A DNA stretch of 42,518 nt from Polyangiaceae bacterium (lineage in GTDB: Bacteria; Myxococcota_A; Polyangia; Polyangiales; Polyangiaceae): assembly GCA_044222475.1 (NCBI GenBank), contig JBGANF010000061.1:1-42518 (forward strand), written 5' to 3'. The notes beneath the pieces were generated by a model, which was not told the origin of the DNA, did not search any database, and worked only from the letters and a program-made list of their open reading frames with translations. Below are positions 19,518 through 30,549 of this stretch, piece by piece. Made by a program: the position numbers and the translations under genes. Positions within the stretch are counted from its first letter, which is position 1. The number at the start of each line of letters is the position of its first letter.

Positions 19518-20338
19518 TCGGCCGCCTCGGTCTCGCCGCCGGTCTTGCGTCGTTCGTGGCCGTCGCGGCAGGCTGCGCGACCACGACGCCGAAGCTGAAC
19601 GTACGCCCCGCGGCGAAAGCCAACGAAGATCCCGATCGGTTTTTCCCCCCGCCCATCCAGCTCGCGGTCGCCGAAGACGCCATCGTGCGCCTCGTCGGAC
19701 CGAAGACGACCTGCTCGGGGACGCTCGTCGCCGAAGATCTCGTCCTCACCGCGCACCACTGCGTCGTCAACCTCGACGCTCACGGCGCGTTCACCAAGGA
19801 CCTCGTCGCTCCGGGCGACATGCGCGTCGAGCTCGGTGGTGATTACCTGCCCTGGGGAACGATCGACGTGAAGGAAGTCGTTGCTCCGCCGTGCGGCGAG
19901 CAGGGCGGCGCGGGTGACGTAGCGATCCTCGTTCTCACTCGAAAGATCATCGGCATCGTGCCGTACACGGTTCGGCTCGAGGCCGCGCCTCGCAGCGGCG
20001 AGACGCTCGATCCCGCCGGCTTCGGTCGCTGCGCGCTCTCCCCCGACGGCATCCGTCGGACGGCGCGCGAAGGCGGCACGGTCGAAGCCGTCAGCCCGGC
20101 GACCCTGTACATGACCGCCTCGGTCTGCCCAGGCGACTCGGGCGGTCCGGTCATCTCGCGCGGCAGCCACGAGATCGTCGGCGTCGTGAGCTTGAGCGCG
20201 ATGGACGCGGACGCGCGCACTCGCAGCCCATCCATCATGGCGCGCGTCGACACGTTCCGGCCTCTCTTCGCCCAGGCGCGCCTCGTCGCCGACGGAGCGT
20301 CGAAGGCAGAGCTCCCGCCGTTGACCTGCGGCCGCTGA
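19514..20338 (+). CDS. S1 (trypsin-like) serine protease, lipoprotein
   Basis: AAGC lipobox; CSGTLV, VLTAHHC, GDVAIL, CPGDSGGP; GTGA overlap with the previous gene. Confidence 0.9.
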   Translation: MIGRLGLAAGLASFVAVAAGCATTTPKLNVRPAAKANEDPDRFFPPPIQLAVAEDAIVRLVGPKTTCSGTLVAEDLVLTAHHCVVNLDAHGAFTKDLVAPGDMRVELGGDYLPWGTIDVKEVVAPPCGEQGGAGDVAILVLTRKIIGIVPYTVRLEAAPRSGETLDPAGFGRCALSPDGIRRTAREGGTVEAVSPATLYMTASVCPGDSGGPVISRGSHEIVGVVSLSAMDADARTRSPSIMARVDTFRPLFAQARLVADGASKAELPPLTCGR

Positions 20339-20339
20339 C

Positions 20340-21245
20340 CTAGGGTTTGCAGGGCTCGGCGTCCACGAGCAGGACGCGAGCGCGAGGCGCAGCTGCCGGC
20401 ATGATCGCCGCGAGCGCGCGCACCGCGGCCTGGAAGCTCTCGGCCCCGCTCAACGAGATCTCGGTGCAGCTGCCTCCGCAGACCGTCGAGGTCGCCGAGC
20501 CGAGCGTTGCGATCGTCGCATCCTGCCAAGGCGCACAGCTCGCTGGCGCAACGGGCGCCGAGCGTTTGAGTGGGTCGGCCGCGCCAGACGAGTCCTCGCG
20601 ACCCCACCCGGTCGAGCCGGTCGCCACGACCTTCGCGTCCGGCCGCGCTTTCCACCCGCCGGCTCCTCCCCAGACTCGAATCCGTTTGCGGCCTTCGCTC
20701 TCCGCAGTGGGGGCGAAAGCGACGGTCGTGCTCAAGTCCACCGAGGCGTCTCCGCTCACGAGCGAGAGGTCTGCGTACCCAGCGTATGCGAGCGTTTGAA
20801 CGAGGTGCGCGCCGTCCGAGAACGACAGGTCGGCGGGCACCTGAACTGCGATGCGGCCGGCTTCGAACTTCTTGCCAGCGTGGATGGCCTCCCAGTGGGT
20901 ACGAAGCCCCTTCAGCCAATCGCCGAGGCTGATCACTTGCGGGGATCCGTTCGTCACCAAAGGCGACGCAAGATCCCCGCGAGATGCGGCCCGGTGCCCG
21001 TTGACCGAAACATCCTTCGCATCGACGACGATCGAGGGCGTTCGAAGAGCCTCGCCCACGGACTCGCCGGCCTCGACGCGGGAGCGTTCCTTCTCGATCT
21101 GAGCGTCCTCCACTTGGTCTTGGGGTAGGTCGTCCACCTTCTTCGACTTGCACGCAGTCACGACGACGAGAAGGCTCGCGAGCGCAAGCGCGCCTCGAGC
21201 GCCCGCCGGGGCAATGAACGATGCACGCGGGTGCGCTGCCATCAT
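20340..21245 (-). CDS. Lipoprotein with ExbD/TolR-like periplasmic domain(s)
   Basis: VTAC lipobox; IAVQVPADLSFSDGAHLVQTLAYAGYADLSL resembles the ExbD C-terminus. Start uncertain. Confidence 0.55.
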   Translation of the reverse strand: MMAAHPRASFIAPAGARGALALASLLVVVTACKSKKVDDLPQDQVEDAQIEKERSRVEAGESVGEALRTPSIVVDAKDVSVNGHRAASRGDLASPLVTNGSPQVISLGDWLKGLRTHWEAIHAGKKFEAGRIAVQVPADLSFSDGAHLVQTLAYAGYADLSLVSGDASVDLSTTVAFAPTAESEGRKRIRVWGGAGGWKARPDAKVVATGSTGWGREDSSGAADPLKRSAPVAPASCAPWQDATIATLGSATSTVCGGSCTEISLSGAESFQAAVRALAAIMPAAAPRARVLLVDAEPCKP

Positions 21246-21337
21246 TTCGCGTGTATAGAGCAAATCGAGTCGAACGACGATACGCGAGCCGATCTGGGCC
21301 CGTACCGTCCTCCAGTAGACGTCGGAGAGCAAAACGC

Positions 21338-23176
<1,839 letters not shown>

Positions 23177-23180
23177 TCGC

Positions 23181-23648
23181 TCAGTCCTTGCAGCAGAGTC
23201 CGATTCCTGAAGCGCCTCAGAGCAGGCAGGTGACGCCGACCATCTCCGAATGGGTCACCGCTCCGCACTGGAGCGTTGCCAGAAATGTTTCGTGGGTTCC
23301 CAGCACCAGAAGTGTTTTCAGCTTCGGAAGGTCGTCGATGGTCACATTGACTGAGCCGCCGCTCCTGGTGCAATGGACGGGGAGCTGACTCGACGCACAG
23401 GCGACGGAGTCTCCGGCGCTCGAGTCGATCGATGCGTCGGCGAACGGGTCCCACGGCACCGTGAGCGCAGCCACGTCGATTGCGACCGAGCGACCGCCCT
23501 TGGAGAGGAACCAGCATGCACGGAGTGTCGGCCTGGCCGCCATCGGGGAGCGAGACCAAGGAAGTGTCGAAGCAGACTGGGGCGCCTACGTTGGACCGCA
23601 CGCAGCGGCCAGAAGAACGACGCACAGGCTGAACTGACGAGTGCTCAT
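23181..23648 (-). pseudogene. Disrupted small Cys-containing lipoprotein gene
   Basis: ATG 1 nt after the upstream stop gives MSTRQFSLCVVLLAAAC, then TAG (23586-23588). A shifted frame gives NVGAPVCFDTSLVSLPDGGQADTPC. The original frame resumes, hits TGA (23217-23219) and continues GASGIGLCCKD to a stop. Confidence 0.65.
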
Positions 23649-23649
23649 T

Positions 23650-25014
23650 TCAGTCCGGCGGGATTCCGGGCCCGAGAGACGCGAGCTCGATGCGCATCGG
23701 GACGCGTTCGGTTCGGATAAAGACTTCAGAGCACGTGACGGCAAAGGGTCGCTGCCAGTTGATCGAGTCATCGAATCCAGCATCGATGTCACTGAACGGG
23801 AGAACCCAAGACACGCCATCGACCAGGCGGATGATACGAACGCTTCGCGATTCCCGTCGGACGGCGTATCCGCATCCGACGACGGTGGTCACGGTGTCGA
23901 GAACGCGATAGCTATCCGACCTCAGTCGGCGTGGCTGCAGCTTGCTCGGATCGGTCGTATAGGGCGACGTGAAGTAGTCCGCCTTCTTGTAGCGGCCAGC
24001 GTTCTCGAGCCCAAAGCCCTCGACCCACACCATGTCCTTGCCGTCTCCGCCAAGGCAGCCCGCACCGTGCTCGGGGTCGACACCTGAGTAGTCGATGAAG
24101 TTGACCGTCTTACCGGCATGGTAGAGTCGCACCTTCATCGAGACGCTCCCTTCGGCGATCCAGGCAATGTCATCGGCGAAAAAGTTCGGTATCGCCTGGA
24201 GCTGCTGGTCTTGGGCGGCAGACGCGATGAGTGCGGGGCCGGCGTCAGGTCGCGAGAGATCGTAGAGCCACATGCGGTCGAGCGGGTCGATGTCGAGGAG
24301 CCCCGCAGTCCCGGCGGATACGCTGTGTTGCTGCCCGGCGTCGACATGGCCGACGACCGTCGGGCGGAACGTCAACGAGTCTGCTCCCATGAACCCGATC
24401 GTGTTGAACTGGTTCGGCTCGTAGATCTCGAGTCCCCAGCGGCTATCGGCAATTGCCTGTGTACCGTCGCTCACTCGACACGCCTTCGTCCCACCGACGA
24501 ACAGCGCGGAGAGAACCGGCCCATCAGCCTCTGCGGTGACCATCATCGGGTAGCCCGGCCCCAGGATGCGGGACGTCATCATGATGACCTTCCCCGTGTT
24601 CAGGTCGACGTATCCCTGCCCAGTTGCACCGGGAAGATCCTTCGGCGGGTCCCAAGTGACCTTCACAGCCTTGCATTTTGCACCAGGCGGGAGGACCGCC
24701 ATCGCTCGTGCCGGGCATGGTTCCCATTCGATCGGCGGCGGAAGTAGATCCTTGGACGGCGGGACGTAGAAGCCACAGCACTCCGAGAACGATTTGTCGA
24801 GGACCCATCCGTCGGGAACTCCCCCGTCGATCAGGGGGGCGGTGCACGGCACAGGCGGTTCATCGGCAGCGTCGCCGGTATCGACGGCGATCGCGTCCTG
24901 CTGCGGAGCAGCGTCGGGCGTGATTGGCGAATCCCCACAGGCACCGAAGGGAAGAAGCGCGAGGGGCGCGAGCACGAGCGCCCACGGCAGGAGGCGACGG
25001 TAGCGCGACGTCAC
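23650..25014 (-). CDS. Uncharacterised beta-rich lipoprotein, partner of the protease/TSP3 protein
   Basis: PFGAC lipobox, PDAA/DTG linker, CCGFYVP..PPIEWEPC, predicted beta-rich body; GTGA overlap with the upstream gene. Confidence 0.8.
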   Translation of the reverse strand: MTSRYRRLLPWALVLAPLALLPFGACGDSPITPDAAPQQDAIAVDTGDAADEPPVPCTAPLIDGGVPDGWVLDKSFSECCGFYVPPSKDLLPPPIEWEPCPARAMAVLPPGAKCKAVKVTWDPPKDLPGATGQGYVDLNTGKVIMMTSRILGPGYPMMVTAEADGPVLSALFVGGTKACRVSDGTQAIADSRWGLEIYEPNQFNTIGFMGADSLTFRPTVVGHVDAGQQHSVSAGTAGLLDIDPLDRMWLYDLSRPDAGPALIASAAQDQQLQAIPNFFADDIAWIAEGSVSMKVRLYHAGKTVNFIDYSGVDPEHGAGCLGGDGKDMVWVEGFGLENAGRYKKADYFTSPYTTDPSKLQPRRLRSDSYRVLDTVTTVVGCGYAVRRESRSVRIIRLVDGVSWVLPFSDIDAGFDDSINWQRPFAVTCSEVFIRTERVPMRIELASLGPGIPPD

Positions 25015-28000
25015 AGCGACTCGCCGATTTGCCCGCAGGTCGCGTTACTCGTTGGCAACGCCGAGAGCCGCTCGATGTGGGTCGAGTTCGTTCCGACCGT
25101 TTCGACCACGAAGGCATAGCTCCGACTACTTACGACCGGTGGAGCTGCGAGTCGAAGCGCGCTCGAGCTCTTTGCGACGACGGAGGGCACGTCATTCGTT
25201 ACATCGAGCTTCGCCGATACGAAACCCGCTCCGTTGGCCTTCGCTTGCGTGAGGATGATGCCACCGTCTCGGTCGACAGTCAGAACGGTGGCGTCGTAGA
25301 GCCCGCTGTTGGGCCACGCCGCGATCTGTTGCAGCGAACCAGCGCCGTTGATCCGAGCCAGTCGCAAGCGCCCGTCGAGCGTCTCGTCGACGATCCAGAG
25401 CTCCCGGTCGGCCCAAGAGTATGTGGCTGCGCGGATCCGACCCAGCGCGGGCACGCTGCCCGTCGTCGGGCACAGATTCGTCCCCGGTAGGACGGACGGC
25501 AGCGATTGCCATCCGCCGGTGAGCGTGCGGAAGAACATGTCCTGCCGCGGTTGTCCCGTCGTCGGATCGTCGCCGCCTACGAGGAAGATGCCTCCAGCAG
25601 CGCGCGAGAAGACGTAGAACGGCGCCGTACGATTTGGAATCGCCACGCCCGTCGGGTTGGTGGGGGGCACGGTGAAGGTCGAGCCTATCGCCGATACGGT
25701 CGTGTCCCAGCGAACGGAGGTCGCGGGCTGATAGCTATCCCCGTTGTCGACGTGGAGCGTGACCGACGTTGCATCGACCGCTGCACCGACGCCGAGGCCG
25801 TTGGTGCAGGAGGTGAACTTGTACTTCGTCGCCTTCGCCAGCTCGGTCGGGTTGCTCGGGTGTGCTTGAGACGAACCCCCGGTGTAGCGGCATGACGCCG
25901 TCCCTGCGACGGTGACGAAGGACAGCGTGATCCAGTGATTGCCCGAGTTTCCCTCGGTAACGGGGATCTCCGCCGGGAGAGCAAACCGGCCCGGGCCTCC
26001 GAACGCGAGACTCGCATCCGCCCACGCAGAGGGGTTGTAGGTCTTGCGCGCGGTCAGCGTGATCGCCTGTGCGGGGCGAACGTCAGGCCCGTCCACCCGG
26101 GCGATGGCGCTGACCGCGGTGCCGTCGACTGGGAAAAGCACCGCGGCGACGTAGGCGTCGACCCCTGACGCCGGATAGGTCGACGCTTCGACTGCGTTTG
26201 CCCAAAGGCCGGTACCAAATTGGGATGCGACGAGCCCGGTCGAGCTCGATGTGTCGCCGCAGTCGACGTTGCCCCCGGCTCCGTCGGGTAGGGTTTGAAG
26301 CGAGACCCCGGAGCCATCATCTTGGACCGCGACCACCACGCCTATCGGGGAGCGCACCAGGATTTCGGTGTCGGGCTTGGGCTTCAAGTCGAAGCCCCGG
26401 GCTCTCGGCATCGGGTTCAGTCCGCGATCGGGGGACTGGAAGAGCAGCACGTGACCATCGAGCGGAAGCCGATTCGGCGGATCGAGGAGTGTCCACGAGG
26501 GCGGTACGGTGCAGTAACGGAGCCCGAGTGTCACGAGCGGGATGTCGGCGAGTGAACCGGAGAGATTGAAGTCGTCGTTGTACGCACGCACGGTTTTCAA
26601 CGGAGGATTGCCTCCCAGCGAGCCGTACTCGTTCACGTACAAGAGGTCGTCGCCGTAGGTCCAAAGCGCGCCGTTGAGGCACTCGGCGAAGCTCCCCGAG
26701 CACCCTGCGTTGGGCGGAATCCAGTTGCCGCCCTGCCAGTACGTAGCGTCGGTAGCGAAGTCCCAGCGCTTACTCGTCCACGGTCCCAGAAAGGACGCGT
26801 ACGTTTGTGCGCCAAAGGCGATCCCTCGCGACTCGCTGACGAACGTGATCTTGTGCCACGGGAAATCGGGGTCGCGTGGACTCTCGTCGGTGACGAGCGC
26901 CAACGCCTGACCGCGGGTCAGTGTCGGCTTGTTTCGGCACCTAACGGGTGTCGTTCCTGCGAGGGGCGCGCCAGCCTGACAGTAGTTCGTGACCGTCGTC
27001 GGAAGCGTGATCGCGGCCTCGTGGAAATCGAGCAGCTTGGGCGCCTTGCCGTCATACGAGGGCACGCTGTTGGAAAGCGGAAACCTCCCAGTCGTCGAAA
27101 AATCGATGTCGTCTTGGAGTCGCGTCTCGGTGCAAACCTGCGCACCGTACGGCAGCGGGATGTTGTTCGGGCCGGGCGTGCTGGTGCAGGTGACGTTCGA
27201 GGCATGTGCAGAGACCATCTCCGCGTTCGGACACGGGATGGGATCGCATACGTCGCCCAGCGTCGGAAGACCGAGGAGCTTCTCGGATTCGGCGTTGCAG
27301 TTGCGCTGGTCCGGATTCCACGCGCGCGGGCAGTTGTCGGCCGGACCGCAGAGGCCGTCATTGTCCTGGTCGCCACCGGGATCGTTCGGGCAGTTCCGGC
27401 ATGCATTGCCGGCACCATCTTGATCGCTGTCGAGTTGGTCAGGGTTGTAGATCAGAGGACAGTTGTCATGCACGTTGATCCAGTGATCGCAGTCTGGATC
27501 GGTCGCTTGAACGCAGGGGCCGGTGTAGTCGTTCTCGCCATACCAATAGTCGCCGATGGTCTTGCCATGCTGTCCGTACCAGGCGTTACCTCGGGGTGCG
27601 GCGACGACTTGAACGTCGTCGGCGTGCGTGGTGATCCACTGAGCCATCGTCGCGTTCGTGACGTCCGCCCAGTACGACGATTGGTTGTCGTCCGAGGTAC
27701 GGGACAGAACGCCGAAGACGCGCCGTCGCCCCTGGCTGTCGACGAAAAAGAGTGGGCTGCCCGAGTCGCCTTGGTTCGTGCTTCCCACGGAGGAGGTGGC
27801 CGTCCAGTACGCGAGGCTACCTTCCGACTGGATCCCGGGGAAAACCGGCGCCGGATATTGAAAGAAGCCGCGCCGAACGGTATTCGGGAACGAAAGGAAG
27901 TTGTCGTTGCCCGAGAGCGGGCTCCATCCCGCAATGCCGATCGTGGAGGTGAACGTGTCGGATGCCCGCGCGGGCCGACTCGAACACACGTCGGCGATGG

Positions 28001-28566
28001 CGTCCGACAGAAAGAGCAACCCGACGTCGGCGCCGATCGGTTCCGATTCGTCGTAGAGGTCGTGATTGACATATGTCGTTCCACGCGGACCTGCTGCGAC
28101 GGTGACGCCGAACCCCACGTGCGGCTCGCGTTGGTTGCTGGGTAGGCCGGGAAGCTGTTTCGATTGACCGACGAACACGCTCGCGTAGTAGTTGGGGTTG
28201 CTCTTGCCGAAGAAGCCGGCGATACAGTGCGCGGCCGTCAAGACGATGCTCGGCGTGATTAGCGTCCCAGTGCACCCGCAACTCTGCGCCGTCCCTCCAT
28301 CCACGAAGGATCCGTCGGGAGCACCAACGATCGCTCCGGCGGCGACGGGAGTCGTGGCTGGGCTGACGCAGACGACGACGTTGGCGCCGAGGGAATCCTG
28401 GTCCGCGGCCGACGCGCTCCCCCAGATGGGCTGAGATCCTGCCCCGACGTCGTCTTCAGTGTGGCGACTGCATCCCGCCTCGCCAGCGCTAGCGGCCACG
28501 GCAGCGGCGACGCCGATCGCGGCGATGAGTCGTCCCCCCCCCCAACTTCCCCTGTAGTGTTCTCAT
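25011..28566 (-). CDS. Large exported S1 serine protease with thrombospondin type-3-like repeats; 5' end frameshifted at a G10 tract
   Basis: CTGTLI, VLTAAHC, ADVGLL and GDSGSP form the triad; DNCP..NPDQ.DSD.DG repeats. Open frame is 25011-28499. GGAGG-7nt-ATG at 28566 is 1 nt out of frame with it. Confidence 0.8.
28534..28543 (-). repeat. G10 homopolymer (C10 on + strand) inside the signal-peptide coding region
   Basis: Direct count of 10 C; the longest homopolymer noticed in the window. Confidence 0.9.
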
Positions 28567-28686
28567 GGAACGCCCTCCGCGTACGAAGGGTTTCGTTTGT
28601 CGTGCCGAAGGTCAAGGGAGGCGGGGCATTCGTGTCCTACTTGTCGGACACCGAACGAGTTTGTCCCAACCTGGGACGTCGTAGCT

Positions 28687-29466
28687 TTACTGCGTGGCCG
28701 AGTCGCGGGTCGCGAAGACCATCGACGACGCGGTTGCGCTCATCCCCGAGCGGAACGGGCCCGGCGGCTCCGCGCCGTCGGCGAGCACCGCCCAGAGGTT
28801 CGTCGCCCAGCGCGCGGCGCCGACGCCGTCGGGGTGGATCTTGTCCGGCTGAAGCGGGAGGTCGAGCGTCTGCGAGTCGAAATAGATGCAGGGTGCAGCG
28901 TTCTCGGCGAGGACCTTCACGACTCGCGCTTCGGTCTTGTCGCTCGACGGCAGGTGCGGCGGGCCGATCCACACGCACTGCGACACCTGGCTCGCCTTCT
29001 TGGCGACGGCGCGCGCGAGATCGGCGAGAGCGTCGGCGTTCGGGTAGCCGAGGTTGTTCGTCCCGAGGTTGAGCAGGAGGAGATCGGGTTTGAATGCCGC
29101 GATCATTTTCTCGAGCTTGTCGCCGCTGGCGACGGTTTGAAGGCCCGCGCTCGTCCACGAGTCGGTGTGGAACTCGACGCCGCGCGAGCGGAGCTTCTGG
29201 CCGAGGGGGATGCACAGGCCCGACGCGTAGCCGACCGTGGAGTCGCCGACGTGCAGCGCGACCTTCACCTTGGAGAAGTCGATCGTGCGCTTCGGTGGCG
29301 CCGGCGGGGTCATCTCGACGAGCGGCGCGACGAGCCCGTTCGCGGTCGGCTGCGGTCTCGCGATCGGCGCCTTCGCAGCGGTCTTCACCGTGGGCGGGGT
29401 GTACGCGTCCGGAGCATGCGAGCAGGCATAGAAGAACGCGAGCACGGTGATGGCGAAGCGGCGCAT
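28687..29466 (-). CDS. SGNH/GDSL hydrolase lipoprotein
   Basis: FYAC lipobox; HVGDS, LNLGTNN, WIGPP, PDKIHP. Confidence 0.85.
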   Translation of the reverse strand: MRRFAITVLAFFYACSHAPDAYTPPTVKTAAKAPIARPQPTANGLVAPLVEMTPPAPPKRTIDFSKVKVALHVGDSTVGYASGLCIPLGQKLRSRGVEFHTDSWTSAGLQTVASGDKLEKMIAAFKPDLLLLNLGTNNLGYPNADALADLARAVAKKASQVSQCVWIGPPHLPSSDKTEARVVKVLAENAAPCIYFDSQTLDLPLQPDKIHPDGVGAARWATNLWAVLADGAEPPGPFRSGMSATASSMVFATRDSATQ

Positions 29467-29529
29467 GGCGTCACGATCGTGCCGAAATGCGCGCCCGCGG
29501 GCCAAGAACGCGCCGACGTTTTTCTCGCG

Positions 29530-29976
29530 TCAGCGCGCCTTCGAGTCGATCCAGATCGTGACTGGTCCGTCGTTCTCGGATCGGACCTTCATGTCGGCGG
29601 CGAAACGCCCCGTCGCGACGGTGATGCCGCGGCTCCGCGCCTCGGCGACGAAGGCCTCGTAGCTGGCGTTCGCCTCGGCCGGAGCCATCGCGTCGTCGAA
29701 GCTGGGGCGGCGACCGCGTCGCACGTCGCCGTAGAGGGTGAACTGACTCACCACGAGGAGCGCCCCGCCGACGTCGACGACGCTCTTGTCCATCTTGCCG
29801 GCGTCGTTGGTGAAGATGCGCAACCCCAGGATCTTCTCGAGGATCCAGCGCCGATCGTCCTCTGCGTCGCCCTTTCCGACGCCGAGGTACACGAGCAGCC
29901 CGCGGCCGATCTCGCCGACGACGTCGCCGTCGACGATGACGCTCGCTTCGTTCACGCGTTGGACGACGGCCCGCAT
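29530..29976 (-). CDS. dtd: D-aminoacyl-tRNA deacylase
   Basis: MRAVVQRV, LRIF, VSQFTLYGD, GRRPSF, NDGPVT. Confidence 0.97.
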   Translation of the reverse strand: MRAVVQRVNEASVIVDGDVVGEIGRGLLVYLGVGKGDAEDDRRWILEKILGLRIFTNDAGKMDKSVVDVGGALLVVSQFTLYGDVRRGRRPSFDDAMAPAEANASYEAFVAEARSRGITVATGRFAADMKVRSENDGPVTIWIDSKAR

Positions 29977-30392
29977 CAGCGAATGCGGAGCTCGCGCTTC
30001 AGCCGCTCGACGACGGCGAAGTACTCGGTGCGGTCGTACGGTTGGTTCAGGATGTGGAAGTCCTTGCGCGAGAGCCCCACGCAGCCGAAGCAGTAGTTGC
30101 ACGACACGCAGCCGACGCACCGCACGAGCTGGGCGCTCTGCGAGCACCGCTCGCAGTCGACGCAGTGGCTCGACTCGCTGGTGTCGCGGCAGCCGGTGCA
30201 GTGCGAGCAGTCGGTGCATCGCTCGCAGCTGGTGCAGTAGTGGCACCGCGTGATCTGGGTGCAGTCGTTCGAAAACGTCGAGTCGGTCGCCCCCACGCAG
30301 CGCGCGCACTCGATGCATCCCGTGTTGTCTCGTCGCTGACCCTGAGCCGCGACCAACTTCCGAAACGCAGCTTCGAACTCGGCCCCTGTCAT
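29976..30392 (-). CDS. Cys-rich CxxCxx-repeat protein
   Basis: 19 Cys, mostly with period 3; ends CFGCVGL....ILNQPY...EY; TGATG overlap with dtd. Confidence 0.8.
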   Translation of the reverse strand: MTGAEFEAAFRKLVAAQGQRRDNTGCIECARCVGATDSTFSNDCTQITRCHYCTSCERCTDCSHCTGCRDTSESSHCVDCERCSQSAQLVRCVGCVSCNYCFGCVGLSRKDFHILNQPYDRTEYFAVVERLKRELRIR

Positions 30393-30549
30393 GGGGCCAC
30401 CGTAGCGGGAACCGGCACGCCGAACCACCAAATGCACCGGGTCGCCAGCCGGCTAACGACCCGGCTAAATGGTTGCGAAATCATGGGCTTGCGAAAAAAC
30501 GAGATCCCCGAATTTGGCCCTGGTAGGCAAATGTAGGCATAGGTGAGTC

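Noticed and set aside
21246..21337. glmS ribozyme upstream of glmS
   Set aside because: The gap is only ~92 bp, is shared with a divergent gene, and shows no recognisable ribozyme core.
23181..23648. Programmed stop-codon readthrough (Sec/Pyl or alternative genetic code)
   Set aside because: TAG and TGA act as ordinary stops throughout the window and no recoding machinery is present. Gene decay is the simpler explanation.
28585..28610. Sigma54 promoter upstream of the protease operon
   Set aside because: GGCACG is present on the minus strand, but the -12 position reads GA rather than the required GC.
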